Positions 48,416 to 64,000 of a stretch of 64,000 nucleotides of DNA are shown here, one piece after another (position 1 is the stretch's first letter; each line of letters begins with the position of its first letter). The notes beneath the pieces are model-generated. The model saw only the letters and a list, made by a program, of their open reading frames with translations, searched no databases and had not been told where the DNA came from. Source of the stretch: Macrostomum lignano (Eukaryota); the NCBI GenBank assembly GCA_002269645.1, contig NIVC01001557.1:204556-268555 (forward strand), given 5' to 3'. The position numbers were made by a program, and so were the translations under genes.

Positions 48416-50085
48416 ATGAAAAAGCTAATTGTGGCAGCGCTTGTCGCTATCCTGCTTTTTCAGCAAAAAAATTGTTAAATCCTTTGTTAGGAGGCAGACC
48501 GACTGTTCATCTTTTGATTTGTTGTGCCTTTCTTATAGTTCTATTGATATTCCTAAAGCTTTTGTTTAGAATTAAAAAAAATGAATAAATGAAAAAACAG
48601 GCAATGAATATACCCAAACCTAACTAACCAATGCTCTTTTAGTCCTGCCTCCATGGCTGCCGCCTCTACTCAATGATCTACCTGGCCCACGACAAGAGCA
48701 TCAAGAATGACGAGCTGTCTAACATGTGCTCCAAGTCCTGCAAGCGTGGCTTCACTGATGGCGCCATCACTGATGAAATGGACAAAGCCTGTAATGTGGG
48801 CTGCAAGGAGCAGGCCCGGGTGTTCCAAGAGCATGGCATGTCCGACCATGCCGCCAAGATGTCTGTGATGCATGGCATCGGTCTGGCCCTGCCTGACATG
48901 CACTCGCCGTCGCCCTTCCACCAGCGTATCTTCCAGCAGATGCGCCAGATGCACACTCGCATGGAGGGGTAGAAATTAAAACTGACGCGAGAGAGCACAC
49001 GAGGGAGGGGGCTTAGGCGCAGACGAGGGTAGGGACGAAATGAGCCAATGAGCAATAGGTGAAAGAAAGAAACAAAAAATAACAAAAACAAAAAAGAAAT
49101 ACAAATAGAGAAAATAAGTGCACAAATTACGAATAACAAAATGAGTGCAAGTAAAGCCTTGCACCCGAAATCACCCAATAGCTTCAGTCTGGCCGAAGGT
49201 CAAGATATTGTAGTAGATAACTTCAGTCTAGCCTTCAATCACCGTGACAGGTGGAGATCCACGAGCGCCGCATTTCGGTGCTGGGCAGCAAAGGCAAAGA
49301 CCAGCCTTCGAAGCCCCCGATCCGCCCAGACGGTCACCGGCCTCTTCTTGGCGGGAACAACCAAGGCAGGCTGCCGCAGGGAGACCCCAGCGCCAAGAAT
49401 CCTCAGCAAGCCATTTATGTTAGATTTCGCTTCCTGCCGCCCGGACCGGATGGCAAGCCGCGCATCCAGGTTTGTAAAGCCGGGTTGGTGGTGGTTGGGA
49501 TTTCACTCTAGCTGAAGATCTGGATGTTTTTTTCTAATTCACAGCTTCATGTCGAGATTCAGCGGCTCCCGTCCGTCCAAAAGCAGTCTGCGATGCCCCC
49601 GACCGGTTCCAATGGTTTCCTGTTTGCCCTGCTGCTCGTGTTTGCTCTGGGCTTCTGGGTCTTCTGGCGCGCCGCCTTCCCTCAGGGAAACCAGCACCAG
49701 TTCTATCTGTCCCTCGGCAGGGCCCTCGCCAACGCCAGGAAGAAGGTGCGACTCTTTTACAATGCACTTATCATCTGAGATGCCTGATTCTGACATCCTC
49801 ATGAACCCAAATGTCTGACATCCTCAATGTCGGTGAATGTCGAGATTCAGTCCCAATTACCCCATCAAAAATCCCAATTTCCCTATCATAAATCCCAATT
49901 CCCCATCATAAATCCCAATTCCCCATCATAAATCCCAATTTCCCCATCATAAATTCCAAATTTCCCCATCATAAATCCCAATTTCCCCATCAAAAATCCC
50001 AATTTCCACATCATAAATTCCGACTCTCATTCCTGAAATGCTACAACGACTCAAATCGCCCACCGCGCAGACAAGCGAGGCCTGA
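48416..50085 (+). pseudogene. Broken paralog of the TMEM59-like gene (copy B)
   Basis: Exon 1 is truncated (MKKLIVAALVAILLFQQKNC*, no donor). The exon 2 homolog (48643-48966) is about 96% identical but ends in unrelated sequence with a stop at 48970. The downstream exons 49251-49469, 49545-49745 and 50071-50085 are open, spliceable and diverged. Confidence 0.75.
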
Positions 50086-50627
50086 GCAGTTGAGCAGCTT
50101 CAAGATGAAGCAGAGAAGCTGAACTAAAAAGGAGTCGCAGTCTGAAAAACACTTTTAACAAGTTTTTGTTAATACTGAACAAACAGGTGAAATATTTTTT
50201 GAAGTTGCAACATTTTTTGTTTTTTTAAGGAAATTAGTAAAACGTTGATCAAATTGTTTTAATATGGAAGCCTCTGTGTTTATCAATTTTTGCTTGGCTG
50301 TGTGTTTTCTTTCGCAGATTTTTTTCTCTGATCTATACTCAATCAAAAACTGAGCGTCATCAGTCAACAAATTTTTTTGTCAATAATCTTACATTAATCC
50401 CAGTGCCCTTAGATATTCAAGATCGTTAATTATAATTACGAGCTATTATCTAAATGATTTCTATTTTTCAGTTTTTAATTCATTCAGTAAAATTTAAAAA
50501 AAACTTGATATTCAGTTCTGGAAGTTTTCTGTATGCCCGTGCGTTCTATTCCTCTCTTTGAGACAATATTTTTTATTGTTCCTGTTTGAGATGCTACAAG
50601 CTGGCTGCAGAAACTTCATAAAGGTAA

Positions 50628-50822
50628 GCTCTCTCTCTCTCTCCCTCTCTCTCTCTCTCCCTCTCTCTCCCTCTCTCTCTCTCTCTCTCCCTCTCTCTCC
50701 CCTCTCTCTCCCTCTCTCTCTCCCTCTCTCTCCCTCTCCCCTCTCTCCCCTCTCTCTCCCTCTCTCCCTCTCTCTCTCTCTCCCCTCTCTCTCCCCTCTC
50801 TCTCCCTCTCTCCCTCTCTCTC
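50628..50822. repeat. (CT)n-type microsatellite present only in copy B
   Basis: The homologous site in copy A (about 40480-40495) has only TCTCTGTCTCTCTC. Confidence 0.9.
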
Positions 50823-52284
50823 CCGGAAGAGCAGAGGCGGAACAAATTAGGGAATCGAGGGAGTCAGGGGGGAGTCGATATTTTGGCAGATTTTAATTTC
50901 TGTGTGGAACTTTTCAATAAAAAATCGGTTATTAACAATATATAACAGTATCCTCTGAATTCTAAAGATGTCCCAAAGCTACGAGTATTTGTATGCAGCA
51001 CATTTTACCATCGCCCCCGATATCGGCTGTTCTATCATCAGAAATACCACATGCACCAGTTGTGTGCCCCCCAGTCTGTCTTATTTTCATTTGCTACTGA
51101 TTTTAGAGATTTAGTTTTCAGTCTGACTTTTAAGAGTGATTTTATTGTTTCTAAGGTTTGGGAATTTGTCGAATTAATGATTAGGATTATTACTTTTTTA
51201 TTTTTGCATTAGTCAGGGTGTCTGTGCAAGCACTGGAAAAGCGCTTACATCGGAGCGCTAAAAACAAGGCCCCTCTAACTCGTCTCGACTAAATATCTAA
51301 GCAGACCAGCTGCTCTAGACAAGCCGAATTCAATGCCTAAAGGACAATACCCAAGCTTAGGTTTAAAGGCCAAGCCAGCAGCCTGTGACACAGTAGGGTT
51401 GAGGGGGGTTGATGATGGCCTAAACAACAACACGGAAAGAAGTGTACTGCGGAGAGATCTGTACTGCGTGAGCGCTAACCCTACCCTGTTAAAACCATCT
51501 TCTGTTTCGCATGGTGCCTACATTGTATTGCTCTCGTTGACTAAAGACCCTCCTTACACACTCATTAGGGTCTTTAGAGGCCAGTGTGTTTAAAAGTGCA
51601 TCGCTGCTATCGCATGAGATGAACACAGTCCCGTGTATAGTACTTTCCTTTCGACAGTTATGATTTCTTGCTTCTTAAAAATAGATAGAAATACAGACTT
51701 GAGCAAAGCTGGTGGGTATCCATACCCATTTAGTTTTATGCCATAACCCCAAAAGTGTTAAGCCTCCCGGCAAGACACTTTATCATATGGTAAGTAGATT
51801 TAAAAGTATACTCGTAGTATGACATGAAAAAGTGGGCAAATGTAGATAGGATACATGTGCAGTCCGGGTGTAAGATTGTGTAACAATATATTTCTCATAC
51901 TCGTACGCAACTATGCAACTTTCAAATGAAGCTTTCTAAAACTACGTATAGCGAATTTATTTAAACTTTAGACAATTTCTGCAAAACATTCCGATCAAGG
52001 TGTCCCAACCTGACTTCAGTTAGTGCAGAGTCCTCGCACCAGTGCATTAGCGATCTGCTCCGTGGGTGTCGGCTTACATCTGCGCGACTGGCCTAACAAT
52101 CCAACCAAAAGTGCAGGAAAATCACCTGATTACAATCTAAACAGCTGGTATTATTCTACCGTTAAGTTCACGAGCGCAGTTTTCTACTTAAAGTAGGCAA
52201 TTAGCGAATATTGTCAATAAACTATCGGCTGAGCCTATAAAATTGCTTGTACCTGTTTCAGCTGTTCCCGAAATTTAGCCGGCG

Positions 52285-52734
52285 ATGTCTTCTGCCGTGG
52301 CGGCCTCGGGAATCGTGATCTACCGCACAGTGTCGGCGGGAGTGCAGTACCTGCTGCTGCACGACACCATCGAGGAGGGACTGTGGACTCCGCCTGTCGC
52401 GACTTTCTTAGTCTTTTCTTTAGTTCATCTTCACCTGTCTCTGTTTACTGTTTTCTCTCTCTGTCTAGCTCAATCTTGTTATTCTTATCTCTCTCTCTCC
52501 CTTGCTGCCTTCTGATTGGCTCTCCATTCTCGCCTTTCTCTTCAGTCGCGCACTCCACCCTCTTCTTATTATCTGGAGTCAACCCCTCTAAGTTAGTCAT
52601 AAATATACTGGTTTGGGCCCTGCGCCACATGGATCCCGGGGAAGATTTGCCACCAGGGAGACTGCGAAGGAGTCCGGTTTGAGAGAGGGGGCGGACTATG
52701 GGCTGGTTCACGCCGTCAGCTATGTCGCCTTCGG
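52285..52734 (+). pseudogene. NUDT2 pseudogene (copy B)
   Basis: The first 111 nt differ from copy A at 2 positions. A 230-bp insert (52396-52625) replaces AAAGGT (KG of the Nudix box start). Small deletions follow, and exon 2 is absent. Confidence 0.88.
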
Positions 52735-52829
52735 GTTCGCACTGACGACTTGCCTTGCGTAAATGTACACTGTAAGAGTACTGTCAGCAGAAGTAAAAAT
52801 TCCAAGCACTTCAGCCATATTAGGGCTGA

Positions 52830-53100
52830 CAGCCCACCACTCCAAATCACTCACCACCCTAAAATACCCCATTACCACAAAACACCACCACCCCAAAACA
52901 CCCACCACCCTAAAACACCCACCACGCTAAAACACCCCCACCCTAAAACACCCCACCCCAAAACACCCACCATCCCAAAACACCCACCACCCCAAAACAC
53001 CCACTACCCCAAAACACCCACCACCCCAAAACACCCACAACCTTAAAACACCCCCTACCCTAAAAAACCCTAAAACCAACCAACAACCCTAAAACAAGCA
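52830..53100. repeat. 17-bp C4A4-family repeat at the site where NUDT2 exon 2 is missing in copy B
   Basis: Direct inspection. Downstream sequence 53110-53178 matches copy A at 44430-44495. Confidence 0.9.
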
Positions 53101-53954
53101 TAGCAGCCACCACCTCACAACACATCCAACGATTTGTATTCAATATTTTGTACTCGTAAAAGGGTGAAAACTTAATGATTAACGCAGTCTGTCTGATGTG
53201 TCGCAACGTGGTGCAAGTTATTGCATTTCAAAAATATTGGAAATTTTTTTCTGCAGGGTGGAGTAACCCGCACGGTTTGAGTTCCTTGTATTCTCAGTTC
53301 AAGCGAGCAAGTTTTGTTTAGCGGGAAATAATAAGCTCGTTGTTTTGCAGCGGAGACGGCTTTTAGTGGGATTCCGCATGTTTGCAACAAACTGAACAGC
53401 GAATTTTTGGCCATTTTCGAATTCGGTTTCGGACTTTTGAATTAAATAAACAAAATATTATTCATATTGAAAATTAACAAACTGTTTGGACAGATAGAGA
53501 AAAAATTGTTACAAGACAAGGATAGAGAGAGTCATGCTACAGAGACCACAAGTACCGCGCATAAATGATGAATAATCATGTCAATAAACGCATTGTAACA
53601 GCGCATTAGTTGGAGCTAGCAATAGATCAGAACAAAGCAGATTGGTAAGTCCAACATTCAGGTAACGAGGTTGTGCGCTAGAAACTTCATTTGTTGTGTA
53701 AACATTACAGAAGATGGACAAGTAAAACAATACGTTTTGGGCATAAATATATCTTAAAAATAGGTTATGAGTGTCCTGAATGCATATACATGTATGATTA
53801 CAAAGAATAAATTAAATGTATTAGTAACATTGTACATCACAAATTTCGCTCCTATGTATTTATAGCCACCTCACTCCGCAAGTAATTACGTTTTACTTCT
53901 AGGCTTGCATTTCCGCCTTTCAACTCGCTCCGCGTGAATATTCCATCCATCCCC

Positions 53955-54480
53955 GCCGCGCACCTACCACCCGAATTCCATTTTGAACAGCCACTTCACC
54001 CTGCGTACATTCTTTCAGCCCCGCTCGCTACACACCCACCTCCCCATTTCCATTCTGAACAACCACCTCACTCTTCGTACATTCTTTCAGCCCCGCTCGC
54101 TACACACCCACCTCCCCATTTCTATTCTGAACAACCACCTCACTCTTCGTACATTCTTTCAGCCCCGCTCGCTACACACCCACCTCCCCATTTCCATTCT
54201 GAACAACCACCTCACTTTCGTACATTCTTTCAGTCCCGCTCGCTACACACCCACCTCCCCATTTCCATTCTGAACAAACACCTCACTCTTCGTACATTCT
54301 TTCAGCCCCGCTCGCTACACACCCACCTCCCCATTTCCATTCTGAACAACCACCTCACTTTCGTACATTCTTTCAGTCCCGCTCGCTACACACCCACTTC
54401 CCCATTTTCATTCTGAACAACCACCTCACTTTCGTACATTCTTTCAGTCCCGTACGCTTACACAGCCACCTACCCATTTC
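53955..54480. repeat. 71-72-bp minisatellite, about 7 copies
   Basis: CATTCTTTCAG recurs at 54008, 54080, 54152, 54223, 54295, 54366 and 54437. Confidence 0.95.
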
Positions 54481-55226
54481 TACTTGTGCAGTAAACAAAT
54501 TTGAATATGCGCTAAAATCGAATACAATAGGAGGTTTTGCGTGAATTTGTTTCGACAATTTTGGTTTTGAACAAAAAAAGATAATAATAAATAGCTTCGA
54601 TTTTGCATAAGAAGCCTAGCAACTAGAACAGCGAGGTGATCCGAGGTGTCAGGGTGCAGGAACGAACACCACGAAACAACATGCAAGCGTCACTCACTGG
54701 TAAATTCATGTACATAAGCGATGGGAAACATTATTGGTAAACCGATTGATTTCGTAGCAAGCAAGTAGCGCGCATCACAATAAAAGTGTATCAGGATTGA
54801 CCCTATGTTATTATGCAAGACTTGAAGAGGATAGAAATTATGATAGAAAAGATAGTAAAAGTTCGAATATTTCACACTTGCTACTACTCGCACGGCCATC
54901 GAGTAGAATGTTCGGACTGAAACAGCCTTTCTATAAACGAATTGTTGGACTCTTCAGAACTAATTTTAAAAGCATTTCATATAGATCTAAAAAGACAAGA
55001 AGGTGCAAAATTTTCCTAGAATATACTTGAATCACAAATTGCATTTTTGCATACGAAAGGAACGACCAAAAGCGGAAAACTTTATGACAAAATCATCGAT
55101 AATTAAGTCGCGAAGCAGTTATGATTAAAAATAACGCGAGATTCCGTGAAGAAGCGGTATGAATTTAAATAATTCAGAACAGAGTGCAGACTGCAGGCAT
55201 AATGTGCAAATCTGCATGCCGGAGCA

Positions 55227-63337
<8,111 letters not shown>

Positions 63338-63534
63338 CGGAATTGCCGCCGCCGGAGCCGCCGCTGCTGCTCTTTCGATAAGTTTTCATGGCGGCGCTCA
63401 TGACTGGCTAGGCGGGAGCGGATGAGGATAAAAAGTTCTTGGTGTACTTCTTTGATACATCCAACAACTAGCTAAATATAGAAATAGTGTTCCTGTTCAA
63501 TGAAGTGCTAATGTTTGATAGTTAATTTCTTTAA

Positions 63535-63982
63535 ATAGTGGATTGCTAATCTATTCCGCATACATAATGGGATATAATGGATTGCTAATCTATAGCCTAC
63601 ATGAAGATCAAGGAATAGATGGATTGCTAATCTATAGCCTACACGAAGATTAAGGAATAGATGGATTGCTAATCTATAGCCTACATGAAGATCAAGGAAT
63701 AGATGGATTGCTAATCTATAGCCTACATGAAGATTAAGGAATAGATGGATTGCTAATCTATAGCCTACATGAAGATCAAGGAATAGATGGATTGCTAATC
63801 TATAGGCCTACATGAAGATTAAGGAATAGAATGGATTGCTAATCTATAGCCTACATGAAGATTAAGGAATAGAATGGATTGCTAATCTATAGCCTACATG
63901 AAGATTAAGGAATAGAATGGATTGCTAATCTATACCTACATGAAGATTAAGGAATAGAATGGATTGCTAATCTATAGCCTAC
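63535..63982. repeat. 42-bp minisatellite (AATAGATGGATTGCTAATCTATAGCCTACATGAAGATTAAGG)
   Basis: Direct inspection; about 10 copies. Confidence 0.95.
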
Positions 63983-64000
63983 TGTTAGATTCCAGCCTTG

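Overview
This is animal genomic DNA: intron-containing genes with GC-rich exons full of poly-Q/A/G/S runs, and a different minisatellite in almost every intron. That style suggests a Macrostomum-like flatworm, but this is inference only. By translating and checking splice phases by hand I can reconstruct six genes. (1) An intronless 934-aa protein of atypical ankyrin-like repeats (minus strand, 16-2820). (2) A 7-coding-exon insulin receptor substrate gene, PH+PTB+YxxM (12647-21791). (3) A PHF20/PHF20L1-like chromatin reader, Tudor-Tudor-C2H2-PHD (28119-34859). (4) A TMEM59/BSMAP-like type I membrane protein with an unusual His-rich luminal tract (36847-39675). (5) An intact NUDT2 Ap4A hydrolase (42797-43478). 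(6) An RZ-family RGS gene (RGS17/19/20-like) with a cysteine string (minus strand, 55227-63337), whose first exon is not open as assembled. The TMEM59-like+NUDT2 block (about 36770-44500) is tandemly duplicated (about 48345-53180). The second copy is broken and is separated from the first by a decayed Gypsy integrase carrying a solo LTR. Other mobile elements are a hAT-like MITE with an 8-bp TSD and a CORE-SINE fragment. No CRISPR array, rRNA or tRNA gene is supported. I do not see a clearly new multi-gene system. The most interesting signals are the duplicate pair recording minisatellite gain/loss and a repeat-mediated exon deletion, repeats that interact with splicing signals in the IRS gene, the atypical ankyrin solenoid, and the broken or alternative N-terminus of the RGS gene.
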